Shown: positions 34,410-46,800 of the stretch, in pieces
How the letters are laid out: each line of letters starts with the position of its first letter
Numbering within the stretch: position 1 is the first letter of the stretch
From: Cetorhinus maximus
Taxonomy: Eukaryota
Direction of reading: 5' to 3'
DNA: 64,000 nt
Assembly: GCF_964194155.1 (NCBI RefSeq)
Contig: NW_027596908.1
Span: 62,001 to 126,000, forward strand
Program-made: the position numbers and the translations under genes
Notes under the pieces: generated by a model
Databases searched by the model: none
What the model saw: the letters and a program-made list of their open reading frames with translations, nothing else
What the model was told of the DNA's origin: nothing

Positions 34410-35869
34410 AACTCGCTGTCACTCCTGGGCAGTGTGTGTGGGAGCCCCTGCTGCCCCTTCTTCATGAGGTCACTGCTCCTACCTTTGCGCAGCCAGGAGC
34501 CTCAGTCTCTCTCCTCAATCTTCTATGGTCTCTGTCGGCCATCAGGCACACAGCTAGGTCACCAAGATCCGTGATCCTGACGTGGTCCACCTGCAGCATG
34601 AATGAGAGAGAGGGATGTGCTTATCATGGCTGTACTTAGCACCTTTCCTGGCCCAGTGTGACTGCCCCTTAATGCTTCCCGGAGAGTGCTGGTCACCCCT
34701 CGGATGGCCAGGGGTGAGTGCGCTGCATGGCTGCCCTGTTGACCTGCGACATGGGGGGCACTGGTCCACACTGGGATGCTGAGATTGCAAAGGGCTGTGA
34801 GTGCCTCCAGCAGTGACTGCTACATGACCAGTGTTGGCGAGGAGACCGTACAACCTGTGCAATCCAACTGCTCCGCCGTCCAGTAACGTGAGAGCGGACT
34901 CGAAGTCTGTGCTGGGGGCGGTGGGGGGTAAGATCTGGGGGGTTTGGTGGCACATTGGTGCCTCCACATTGCTTGTGTGGGTGGACAGGCGAGCAGCCCG
35001 ACCCCCAGTCATATCACTGAGGCCGATGCAGAGGGATGGTCAGTTTGTACGAGTGTCCCTGCTGCGCGGCCACTTCCCTCGCCTACCCTGCCATCCACCT
35101 CGATTGCTTGTGCGTGGGATGCAGCCCAGGGCAGCAGTTGCCCCTTGATACCCGCACCCCGAGTACAGTCACCTCCGAGGCTGGGGCAGCACTTCACCCA
35201 GGCCCTCCCCGCCCCACCCGGTGCCCCTAAAGTCTGCGAGCGACCCTGGAGAGCTGCAGTGAACACTGCTGTCCACTCACCTCAGTTCCCCCAGAGTGAA
35301 GGCCGCCAAGTGCACGTTGCCTGCGTCCCGTTGTGAAACACGTCGAAGTGCTTTCCCGCCGACGTGGGCTGACGATCCGGGGCGGGGCGGGCGGGGAGTT
35401 CAGCGCCTGGCGAGGTGGCCATTTAATGAGATTCTATTACAATGAGCTCCCCGCCGACCGATGGCGGGGAACGCGGCCCACCACAGGCGGGCTGAGTGGA
35501 CAATCGCGAGCTGCCTTGGCGCCGTCGTGAAGCCGGCCCCGCCATATTTTCCGCGCATGCTCACCTGTCACGCCCGCCACCAGCGGGCTGGGAAAATTGC
35601 ACCCCGATGTCTTCCCCTTAGTCCCAGCCACCCAAACCAGGCTGAATCTTCCTGTGAAAGTAGAGATAATGTTACACGGTTGACGGTGGAGATGACACTC
35701 ACCCTCATGCGGGATCTGACGACCTTCCGCCAGCACAATCAGAACACAGCCCATGTGCCTGGACAAAAGCTGCTTTGGGTTGTCCATGCTGCTGGGAACT
35801 CTTGGTTATCTTACAATGAAATCCCTGCCAGCTGGAAAGGCTTTTAAAGTGCTGAGTCTGGTTAACTTT

Positions 35870-37143
35870 TTTTTTGCAAAAATATACTTTATTCATAAAA
35901 TATCTTCAACCACATTCCAAACCATTCCAAAAACACCATTTCAAGGGTACAATCCGGTTCAACTTTTACAAAATGTTTCACCAGGTGCATCAGTACAAAC
36001 AATATTACAATCGTTTACAGCCTTTCATTTTGAGCTGTACAGCCCGAGGTGATTTAAACAGTTCCCAGTCCCTCGGTGCACTGTGGCAGAAAGGTCTTAG
36101 ACAGCGACCCTTCCCCATTGCGCCTTTGCGGCAGCTGCCCCAAGCTTTAGTGCGTCCCTCAGCACGTAGTCCTGGACTTTGGATTGTGCCAGTCCGCAAC
36201 ACTCGGTCGGGGACAACTCTTTGCGCTGGAAGACCAACAAGTTTCGGGCAGACCAAAGCGTGTCTTTCACCGAGTTGATGATCCTCCAGCTGCAGTTGAT
36301 GTTTGTCTCGGTGTGTGTCCCTGGGAACAGCCCGTAGAGCACAGAGTCCTGTGTCACAGAACTGCTCGGGATGAACCTCGACAGAAACCACTGCATCTCT
36401 CTCCAGACCTTCTTTGCAAAGGCACAATCCACAAGGAGGTGAACAACGGTCTCTTCCCCACCACAGCCACCTCGAGGGCAACGTGCAGAGGGGGTGAGAC
36501 TCCTGACGTGTAGGAAGGATCTGATGGGGAGGACCTTTCTCACCACCAGCCAAGCCACGTCTTGGTGCTTGTTGGAAAGTTCTGGCGATGAGGCATTCTG
36601 CCAAATGACTTTGACAGTCTGCTCGTCCTGGGAGAACCACCTTTTTTTTTTGCAAAAATATACTTTATTCATAAAATATCTTCAATCACATTCCAAACCA
36701 TTTCAAAAACACAATTACAAGGGTACAATCCGGTTATACTTTTACAAATTGTATCACCAGGTGCATCAGTACAAACAATATTACAATCATTTACAGCCTT
36801 TCATTTTGAGCTGTACAGCCCGAGGGGATTTAAACAGTTCCCAGCCCCTCGGTGCGCTGTGGCAGAAAGGTCTTAGACAGTGACCCTTCCCCATTGCGCC
36901 TTTGCGGCAGCTGCCCCAAGCTTTAGTGCGTCCCTCAGCACGTAGTCCTGGACTTTGGATTGTGCCAGTCTGCAACACTCGGTCGGGGACAACTCTTTGC
37001 GCTGGAAGACCAACAAGTTTCGGGCAGACCAAAGCGCGTCTTTCACCGAGTTGATGATCCTCCAGCTGCAGTTGATGTTTGTCTCGGTGTGTGTCCCTGG
37101 GAACAGCCCGTAGAGCACAGAGTCCTGTGTCACAGAACTGCTC
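35870..37143 (-). mobile_element. Two tandem 5'-truncated Tx1/L1-clade LINE copies (35870-36641, 36642-37143)
   Basis: zf-RVT-type RCPRGGCGGEETVVHLLVDCAFAKKVW and LWSARNLLVFQ; each copy has AATAAA and an A tail; 16-bp TSD gagtctggttaacttt at 35854-35869 and 37144-37159. Confidence 0.9.
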
Positions 37144-37652
37144 GAGTCTGGTTAACTTTGGTGGTGCGAGGTGACGCGGGTAAAATCTGTGGAACATAGC
37201 GGCTAACATGCTGACTAGCCGCTAACTTACTGATTCCCCTCTCACTCACCCTGCCTTGTCTCCTAGGTCATTAGCTTCAGTTTCCAGACTGAAGGGCCGA
37301 TGGTGCGTAAATGGAAAAGTGGCGCGTCATTGAAAAATATCAGAGCCGATTGGGCAGATGAAGGCGACGAGCTGGTGACTGGGACCCAGCGGTGATTATT
37401 AAAGCCTTTAAATAGAAGGTAATGGAGAGACGCTCCGGTGTGCCCCGGCAGCACTACACTACTGGGTTAGTTGCTCGGGTTAAGGGGAGAGTTCTCAACG
37501 GGTCATTTGTTAGGGTTAAAGGATTATTATTTGTCAAGGGGTTATTATTTAAGGGGGTTATTTGTTAGGATTAAGGGTTTCTTGGGGTCAAGGGATTATT
37601 ATTTGTTAAGGGGTTAGTTCGGGAAGGAGTTAAGGAATTACTTTTTGAGGGG

Positions 37653-37721
37653 TTCTTGTGAAGTGTCCTGATGAGTGCAAGATGAAAACTTCCACATGTC
37701 GCTTTTGTCAGCGATACTCAG
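37653..37721 (+). mobile_element. Penelope-type pLTR fragment with degenerate hammerhead (mirror of 1667-1735)
   Basis: CTGATGA 37668-37674, GAAA 37684-37687. Confidence 0.6.
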
Positions 37722-38215
37722 ATTATTATTATTATTATTTAAGGGGTTATTGTTTATTAGGGGGTTATAATTTAAGAGGTTTTAATCATTATTTAAGGGG
37801 TTATTATTATTTAAGGGGTTATTATTCATATTTAAGGGATTATTATTATTATTGAAGGGGTTATTATTATTTAAGGGGTTATTATTCGTATTTAAGGGAT
37901 TATTATTATTGAAGGGGTTATTATTATTTACGGGATTAATATTATTATTTAAGGGATTATTATTATTTAAGGGATTATTATTATTTAAGGGGTTATTGAG
38001 GGAGTGCCGCACTGTCGCGGGGACGGTCCTGAGGGAGTGCCGCACTGTCGCGGGGACGGTCCTGAGGGAGTGCCGCACTGTCGCGGGGACGGTCCTGAGG
38101 GAGTGCCGCACTGTCGCGGGGACGGTCCTGAGGGAGTGCCGCACTGTCGCAGGGACGGTTCTGAGGGAGTGCCGCACTGTCGCAGGGACAGTACTGAGGG
38201 TGTGTAGCACAGTCG
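37722..38215. repeat. AT-rich minisatellite (37722-37995) abutting a 33-bp minisatellite variant (37996-38215)
   Basis: ttattattatttaagggg units, then gagggagtgccgcactgtcgcggggacggtcct units. Confidence 0.9.
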
Positions 38216-38330
38216 GAGATTCTGCCCAGCCTCGCTTGATTTATGAGGCCCGTTTCATGTTATTGAAGTTGCATTGAAAATTTTCACCTTGTTTCTTCCT
38301 GTGCCCGCTCTCCCCCTCCCCCCTCTTCAG

Positions 38331-38412
38331 TAAAGCAGAACAAGAGATCGAGTTGGGCAATGCACAGGATGGCACGTTGTGGTCAGGGAGAGGCCAAGAG
38401 CCTGAGGTCCTG
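38331..38412 (+). other. Orphan exon-like segment of unidentified gene
   Basis: ~45-nt polypyrimidine tract ending TTCAG at 38330, donor CTG|GTGAGT at 38412; product not recognised. Confidence 0.4.
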
Positions 38413-38439
38413 GTGAGTCAACACGAATGTCACATGGAA

Positions 38440-39070
38440 CGTTAGCATTTATTGCAGTGGGGACATACAGAATGAGGAAAGTTTTGCTATAGCTGTTAGG
38501 GCGATCACATCCGGAGAACTATGGACAGATTTGCTCTCATTTAAGAAAGGATATAAATGTGTTAGAAGCAGTTCAGAGAAGGTTCACTGGGCTGATTCCT
38601 GGGATGGGGGTTTGTCTTATGAGGAAAGGTTGAGCAGGTTGGGCCTGTGTCCATTGGAGTTTAGAAGAATGAGAGGTGATCTTATTGAAATATGTAAGAT
38701 TCTGAGCGGGGTCTCGAGAGGGTGAGTGCTGAGAGGCTGTTTCCACTTGTAAGGCGGATTAGAATGAGAAGACATGGTTTAAAAATGAGGGGTTTCCCAT
38801 TTCAGACTCAGATGAGCAGGAACTTCATTTCTGTGAGGGGCATTAGTCTGTGGAATTCTCTTCCTCACAGAGCAGTGAAGGCTGGGACCATTGAACAGAT
38901 TCAAGGCTGAGTTAGACTGATGTTAGATTGACAAGGGACTGGAGGGTTATAGTGTGGGGGGACAGGCAGGAAAGTGGAGTTCGGGCCACAATCGGATCAA
39001 CTGTGATCTTATTGAATGGCGGAGCAGTCTCGATGGGCTGAATGGCCTCCTCCTACGCCCCCATGTTGCT
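38440..39070 (+). mobile_element. CR1-type LINE 3' fragment
   Basis: [27 protein letters not shown]; LWNSLPHRAV. Confidence 0.85.
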
Positions 39071-39589
39071 CTGAACGTGACAGGTGTGTCGGGCCCTTCA
39101 GCTGAGGCTGGCTGTGAGTGTGGGGTGTGCTCAGCCCAGGTTCAGACCTGTTTGGTTAGGGGGCGGTGGCAGTGACCGAGAAAGCTGTTTGCTGCCGGGG
39201 AAGGTCTGGTTACCCGTCCACACCGAGGGTGATGGCCTCAGCCATTTAAACTCGCTGTCAGTAACAGGCAGTACCCGGTGGGAGAGATGCAGGATACATC
39301 CCCCATTGTCGCCACTAACACTGCCCGTCCAGCAGGTCTCTCCTCATTTAATCCAACTCAAATCTCATTGTGATTGTCCAGCACAGGAGGAGGCCCTTCA
39401 ACCCATCCTACCTGTGCTATCCAGTTTGCCCCGCTCTTTCCCCATAGCCCGACAAACTTTTCCACTTGGAATATTGGTCCAATCCTCTTTGGGATCGAAT
39501 CATCTTCAATCGTAATCTTTTAATCGTAACCCAACTACCCCATTGAGACCGCTCCCTAGAATACCCCAAACACACCTTTCACACCCCAC

Positions 39590-42500
39590 ACCCTTTACTA
39601 TCCCACCCACCTAATCCCACTTTCCCCCTCACTCCCCGCACCCTTTCATATCCCACCCAGTCTAATCCCGCTCTCCCCCTCACTCCCCGCGCCCTTTAAT
39701 ATCCCACTCAGTCTAATCCCACTCTCCCCCTCACTCCCCGCACCCTTTAATATCCCACCCAGTCTAATCCCACTCTCCTCGTCACTCCCCGCACCCTTTA
39801 ATATCCCACCCAACCTATCCCACTCTCCCCCTCACTCCCCGCACCCTTTAATATCCCACGCAGTCTAATCCCACTCTCCCCCTCACTCCCCACACCCTTT
39901 AATATCCCACCCAGTCTTATCCCACTCTCCCCCTCACTCCCCGCACCCTTTAATCTCCCACCCAGTCTAATCCCACTCTCCCCGTTCACTCCCCACACCT
40001 TTTAATATCCCACCCAGTCTAATCCCACTCTCCCCCTCACTCCCCGCACCCTTTAATATCCCACCCAGTCTAATCCCACTCTCCCCCTCACTCCTCACAT
40101 CCTTTAATATCCCACCCAGTCTAATCCCACTCTCCCCCTCACTCCCCACACCCTTTAATATCCCACTCAATCTAATCCCACTCTCCCCCGCAACCTTTAA
40201 TATCCCACCCAGTCTAATCCCACTCTCCCCCTCACTCCTCGCACCCTTTAATATCCCACCCAGTCTAATCCCACTTTCCCCCTCACACCTCACACCCTTT
40301 AATATCCCACCCAGTCAAATCCTACTCTCTCCCTCACTCCCCGCACCCTTCAATATGCCACCCAGTCTAATCCCACTCTCCCCCTCACTCCCCACACCCT
40401 TTAATATTCCACCCAGTCTAATCCCACTCTCCCCCTCACTCCCCACACCCTTTAATATCCCACTCAGTCTAATCCCACTCTCCCCCTCACTCCCCGCACC
40501 CTTTAATATCCCACCCAGTCTAATCCCACTCTCCCCCTCACTCCCCGCACCCTTTAATATCCCACCCATCCTATCCCACTCTCCCCCTCACTCCCCGCAC
40601 CCTTTAATATCCCACGCAGTCTAATCCCACTCTCCCCCTCACTCCCCACACCCTTTAATATCCCACCCAGACTTATCCCACTCTCCCCCTCACTCCCCGC
40701 ACCCTTTAATCTCCCACCCAGTCTAATCCCACTCTCCCCGTTCACTCCCCACACCCTTTAATATCCCACCCAGTCTAATCCCACTCTCCCCCTCACTCCC
40801 CGCACCCTTTAATATCCCACCCAGTCTAATCCCACTCTCCCCCTCACTCCTCACACCCTTTAATATCCCACCCAGTCTAATCCCACTCTCCCCCTCACTC
40901 CCCACACCCTTTAATATCCCACTCAGTCTAATCCCACTCTCCCCCGCACCCTTTAATATCCCACCCAGTCTAATCCCACTCTCCCCCTCACTCCTCGCAC
41001 CCTTTGATATCCCACCCAGTCTAATCCCACTTTCCCCCTCACACCTCACACCCTTTAATATCCCACCCAGTCAAATCCTACTCTCTCCCTCACTCCCTGC
41101 ACCCTTTAATATACCACCCAGTCTAATCCCACTCTCCCCCTCACTCCCCGCACCCTTTAATATCCCACCCAGTCTAATCCCACACTCCCCCTCACTCCAA
41201 CACCTTTAATATCCCACCCAGTCTAATCCCACACTCCTCCTCACTCCACCACCTTTAATATCCCACTCAGTTCAATTCCACTCTCCTCCTCACCCATTAA
41301 TATCCCACCCAATCTAATCCCACTCTCTCCCTCACTCCCCACACCCTTTAATATCCCACCCAGTCTAATCCCACACTCCCCCTCACTCCAACACCTTTAA
41401 TATCCCACCCAGTCTAATCCCACACTCCTCTTCACTCCACCACCTTTAATATCCCACTCAGTTCAATTCCACTCTCCCCCTCACCCATTAATATCCCACC
41501 CCGTCTAATCCCCACTCTCCCTCTCACTCCCCTCACCCTTTAATATCCCACCCAGTCTTATCCCACTCTCCCCCTCACTCCCCGCACCCTTTAATCTCCC
41601 ACCCAGTCTAATCCCACTCTCCCCGTTCACTCCCCACACCTTTTAATATCCCACCCAGTCTAATCCCACTCTCCCCCTCACTCCCCGCACCCTTTAATAT
41701 CCCACCCAGTCTAATCCCACTCTCCCCCTCACTCCTCACACCCTTTAATATCCCACCCAGTCTAATCCCACTCTCCCCCTCACTGCCCACACCCTTTAAT
41801 ATCCCACTCAATCTAATCCCACTCTCCCCCGCACCCTTTAATATCCCACCCAGTCTAATCCCACTCTCCCCCTCACTCCTCACACATTTAATATCCCACC
41901 CAGTCTAATCCCACTTTCCCCCTCACACCTCACACCCTTTAATATCCCACCCAGTCAAATCCTACTCTCTCCCTCACTCCCCGCACCCTTCAATATGCCA
42001 CCCAGTCTAATCCCACTCTCCCCCTCACTCCCCACACCCTTTAATATTCCACCCAGTCTAATCCCACTCTCCCCCTCACTCCCCACACCCTTTAATATCC
42101 CACTCAGTCTAATCCCACTCTCCCCCTCACTCCCCGCACCCTTTAATATCCCACCCAGTCTAATCCCACTCTCCCCGTCACTCCCCGCACCCTTTAATAT
42201 CCCACCCATCCTATCCCACTCTCCCCCTCGCTCCCCGCACCCTTTAATATCCCACGCAGTCTAATCCCACTCTCCCCCTCACTCCCCACACCCTTTAATA
42301 TCCCACCCAGTCTAATCCCACTCTCCCCCTCACTCCCCGCACCCTTTAATCTCCCACCCAGTCTAATCCCACTCTCCCCGTTCACTCCCCACACCCTTTA
42401 ATATCCCACCCAGTCTAATCCCACTCTCCCCCTCACTCCCCGCACCCTTTAATCTCCCACCCAGTCTAATCCCACTCTCCCCCTCACTCCTCACACCCTT

Positions 42501-43600
42501 TAATATCCCACCCAGTCTAATCCCACTCTCCCCCTCACTCCCCAGACCCTTTAATATCCCACTCAGTCTAATCCCACTCTCCCCCGCACCCTTTAATATC
42601 CCACCCAGTCTAATCCCACTCTCCCCCTCACTCCTCGCACCCTTTAATATCCCACCCAGTCTAATCCCACTTTCCCCCTCACACCTCACACCCTTTAATA
42701 TCCCACCCAGTCAAATCCTACTCTCTCCCTCACTGCCCGCACCCTTTAATATCCCACCCAGTCTAATCCCACACTCCCCCTCACTCCAACACCTTTAATA
42801 TCCCACCCAGTCTAATCCCACACTCCTCCTCACTCCACCACCTTTAATATCCCACTCAGTTCAATTCCACTCTCCCCCTCACCCATTAATATCCCACCCA
42901 GTCTAATCCCACTCTCTCCCTCACTCCCCACACCCTTTAATATCCCACCCAGTCTAATCCCACACTCCCCCTCACTCCAACACCTTTAATATCCCACCCA
43001 GTCTAATCCCACACTCCTCTTCACTCCACCACCTTTAATATCCCACTCAGTTCAATTCCACTCTCCCCCTCACCCATTAATATCCAACCCGTCTAATCCC
43101 CACTCTCCCTCTCACTCCCCTCACCCTTTAATATCCCACCCAGTCTAATGCCACTCTCCCCCTCACTCCCCGCACCCTTTAATATCCCACCCAGTCTAAA
43201 CCCACTCTCCCCCCTCACTCCCCACACCCTTTAATATCCCACCCAGTCTAATCCCACTCTCCCCTCTCTCTCTGCACCCTTTAATATCCCACCCAGTCCA
43301 ATCCCACTCTCCCCTCTCTCTCCGCACACTTTAATATCCCACCCTGTCTAATCCCACTCTCCCCCCTCACTCCCCGCACACTTTAATATCCCACCCTGTC
43401 TAATCCCACTGTCCCCTCACTCCCCGCACCCTTTAATATCCCACCCAGTCCAATCCCACTCTCCCCTCTCTCTCCGCACACTTTAATATCCCACCCAGTT
43501 TAATCCCACTCTCCCCCTCACTCCCCGCACACTTTAATATCCCACCCAGTCTAATCCCACTCTCCCCCCTCACTCCTCACACCCTTTAATATCCCACCAG
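39590..43600. repeat. 51-bp satellite array with higher-order duplications
   Basis: Unit ctttaatatcccacccagtctaatcccactctccccctcactccccgcacc; variant blocks recur at 756 and 1640 bp offsets. Confidence 0.95.
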
Positions 43601-43690
43601 TCCAATTTTGCCCTCTGTGCCTATCCCAATGCTGTGTGACATCTCCCAGTAAATGAAAAAAGCTTGGACCATGCTTTTCAATAATCTGAT

Positions 43691-43696
43691 TTTATT
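43691..43696 (-). terminator. Polyadenylation signal of FCGBP-like gene
   Basis: AATAAA on - strand ~180 nt after the stop codon. Confidence 0.65.
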
Positions 43697-43877
43697 TGCC
43701 GTGAAGTGTACATTCAATTTAACCCACGCCCTCCTTCAATTTATACAATTGCTTCAGTGATTTACTGGTCTGAATTGAAATACATTCATTGGTCGGTTCA
43801 GAATTTGAAGGACTTGCGATGAGACAGATTGTGTTGTATCTTCAGAAATCCGATAGCCCGAGACTGAGTGGCATTTC

Positions 43878-43887
43878 TTAAATCAAA
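43878..43887 (-). CDS. FCGBP: FCGBP-like terminal exon, coding part (C)LI*
   Basis: ttttttaattttCAG acceptor; completes phase-2 TG+T codon; TAA 43880-43878. Confidence 0.7.
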
Positions 43888-46800
43888 CTGAAAATTAAAA
43901 AAGAGAGGTAGGAATCATTAGATTGGGATTGTAATATTGTGAGAGTAGATTGATTGGTGAGTCTCTTATTGGGTCGTTAACATTAACAATGGTGTTCGAT
44001 CAATTTACTGTGGAGAACACATTTCCACTTCTTGGTCCGTGACCAGAAATAGCAGCTATCGATGTAAGATAATTACTTATGGCATCAATTGGATTATTTT
44101 ATCTCGCTTTTTGTGACATTTTAATGACCTGTGTACTTGATTCCTCCATACAAGTCTATTTGGACCTCCACTGTTTCTAGCTTTGTACCATTTAGAATCC
44201 TTTTTGGGTCCAAGGTGGATAGAAACATAGAAACATAGAAACTAGGAGCAGGAGTAGGCCATTCTGCCCTTCGAGCCTGCTCCGCCATTCATTATGATCA
44301 TGGCTGATCATCCAACTCAATAGCCTGCTCCCGCTTTCTCCCCATATCCTTTGATCCCTTTCGCCTCAAGAGCTATATCTAACTCCTTCTTCAAAACGTA
44401 CAATGTTTTGGCCTCAACTACTTTCTGTGGTAATGAATTCCACAGGCTCACCACTCTCTGGGTGAAGAAATTTCTCCTCATCTCAGTCCTAAATGGTTTA
44501 CCCCGTATCCTCAGACTGTGACCCCTGGTTCTGGACTCCCCCACCATCGGGAACATCCTTCCTGCATCTACCCTATCTAGACTTGTTAGAATTTTATAGG
44601 TTTCTATGAGATCCCCCATCATTCTTCTGAACTCCAGCGAATATAATCCTAATCGACTCAATCTCTCCCCATATGTCAGTCCCACCATCCCAGGAATCAG
44701 CTGGGTAAACCTTCGCTGCATTCCCTCTATAGCAAGAACATTCTTCCTCAGATAAGGAGACCAAATTTTTGCCTCCTATTTGCCTACATTGATATCCATT
44801 TGTTAACATTTACTGGTTCACTAATCTATTAGTATCTCTCTGTAGTTTTATGCTTCTATCTACATCGCTTACAACACCGCCTATCTTTGTGAGGTCAGTA
44901 AATTGGGATATGTGTTTTCTATCCCATCATCTAAGTGTTTAATGAATACAGTGAAAATTTGAGGCCCAGCACATATCCTTGTTGGATACCCCAAGTCACA
45001 TCCTGCCAATTGCTGCACCTACCCTTCATTCCTGCTCTGCCTCCTGCTGTTCAGCCAATTTCCCAACCAAGTCAACCATTTGCCTTCAATTGCAACTGTA
45101 GTAAATAATTGTGTATGAGGGAATTCTTGAAGTCAGACATTCCCCTGTCCACTATTTTAGTCACACATTCAAACAAATCCAAGTCACAGATAGGGGGGTG
45201 CGGGGTGAATGGAGAGGAAGGGGCAAGAGAGGGGAGAGAGAGAGTGACATACACAGAGGAAGGGAGAGAGAGAGTCAGAGGGATGAGAGAGAGAGAGATA
45301 GATGGGAGAGACACACACACACAGGGAGGGAGGGAGAGAGAGACAGAAGGACAGAGGAGAGAGACACAGAGAGGGGGCGAGAGAGGGAAAGGGAGAGAGA
45401 GAGACACAGGGTGGAGGGCAAGAGAGAGATGGAGGGCAAGAGAGAAAGGGGCGAGGCAAAAAAAGAGAGCGATGGAGGGCAAGAGACAGAGGAAGAGACA
45501 GACACATGCAGAGGGGGGGCGAGAGAGAGATGGAGGGGCATTAGTGAGAGGGGAGAAAGAGACAGACGCAAATAGAAGGACCGAGAGAGATACGGAGGGG
45601 ATGGGTGAGGGGGTGGTGGGAGAGAGAGAGACACAGAATGGCTGAGAGAGAGAGATGGAGACAGGGGGAGGGTCTCTGAGGGAGAGTGACCCACTCAGCA
45701 CGGTGTAGGCAGACATGCTAATAGGGAGACTCACCAGCTCCGGAACTCCTTTGCCAACCATGCCTGAAAGTACTTCTGAATGTCAGTAGTCAATTTCCCA
45801 TCGGGCATCCTCAGCTCGCCGTTGGTGCTGCCATCAAAGTTTCCACAGGCGCCACACAGCTGGTTGGTGAAGGTGTCAGCCACGGCCACGGTGAGATCCC
45901 CAGATCCACGGAACCGCAGCCGAATCTTGGCAGAGTGCTCCAAGATCACTGCACCTGCTTCAACACTGATGGTCACAACGGAGGTGGCTTTAAATGGCAG
46001 TTGGGCTTGTTTCACTGGGCGTCCGTTCACCTGGGTCAGGAAAAGTTTTACAGACCTGAGACCATCTGTCAGAGCTGCCTGTGCACATCCATCACGTGTT
46101 TAATCATCCATCAGTCCAATCATCTGTCCCTCTATCCATCCATCAATCACGTGTCTATCCATCAATCTGTCCATCCATCAATCNNNNNNNNNNNNNNNNN
46201 NNNNNNNNNNNNNNNNNNNNNNNNNNNNNNNNNNNNNNNNNNNNNNNNNNNNNNNNNNNNNNNNNNNNNNNNNNNNNNNNNNNNNNNNNNNNNNNNNNNN
46301 NNNNNNNNNNNNNTCTATCCATGAATCTATCTATTCATCAATCACCCGTCTATCCATCAATCTATCCATCAATCACCCGTCTATCCATCAATCTATCTAT
46401 CCATCAATCACCCGTCTATCCATCAATCTATCCCTCCATCGATCCATCAATTACCCGTCTATCCACCAATCCATCCATCCATCAATCACCCGTCTGTCCT
46501 TCAATCTATCCATCCATCCATCAATCACCCATCTATCCATCCATCCCTCCATCAATCNNNNNNNNNNNNNNNNNNNNNNNNNNNNNNNNNNNNNNNNNNN
46601 NNNNNNNNNNNNNNNNNNNNNNNNNNNNNNNNNNNNNNNNNNNNNNNNNNNNNNNNNNNNNNNNNNNNNNNNNNNNNNNNNNNNNNNTCTATCCATGAAT
46701 CTATCTATTCATCAATCACCCGTCTATCCATCAATCTATCCATCAATCACCCGTCTATCCATCAATCTATCTATCCATCAATCACCCGTCTATCCATCAA

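Larger units (their letters stand above)
31358..35605 (-). mobile_element. PIF/Harbinger DNA transposon relic, right-arm copy with both termini
   Basis: TIRs GGGCAGAATTTTCCCA (31358) and TGGGAAAATTGCACCCC (to 35605); transposase on -, second gene on +. Confidence 0.85.
17960..37995 (-). repeat. Right arm of inverted segmental duplication (includes 6.8 kb absent from left arm)
   Basis: Reverse-complement colinearity with 640-15580. Confidence 0.95.
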
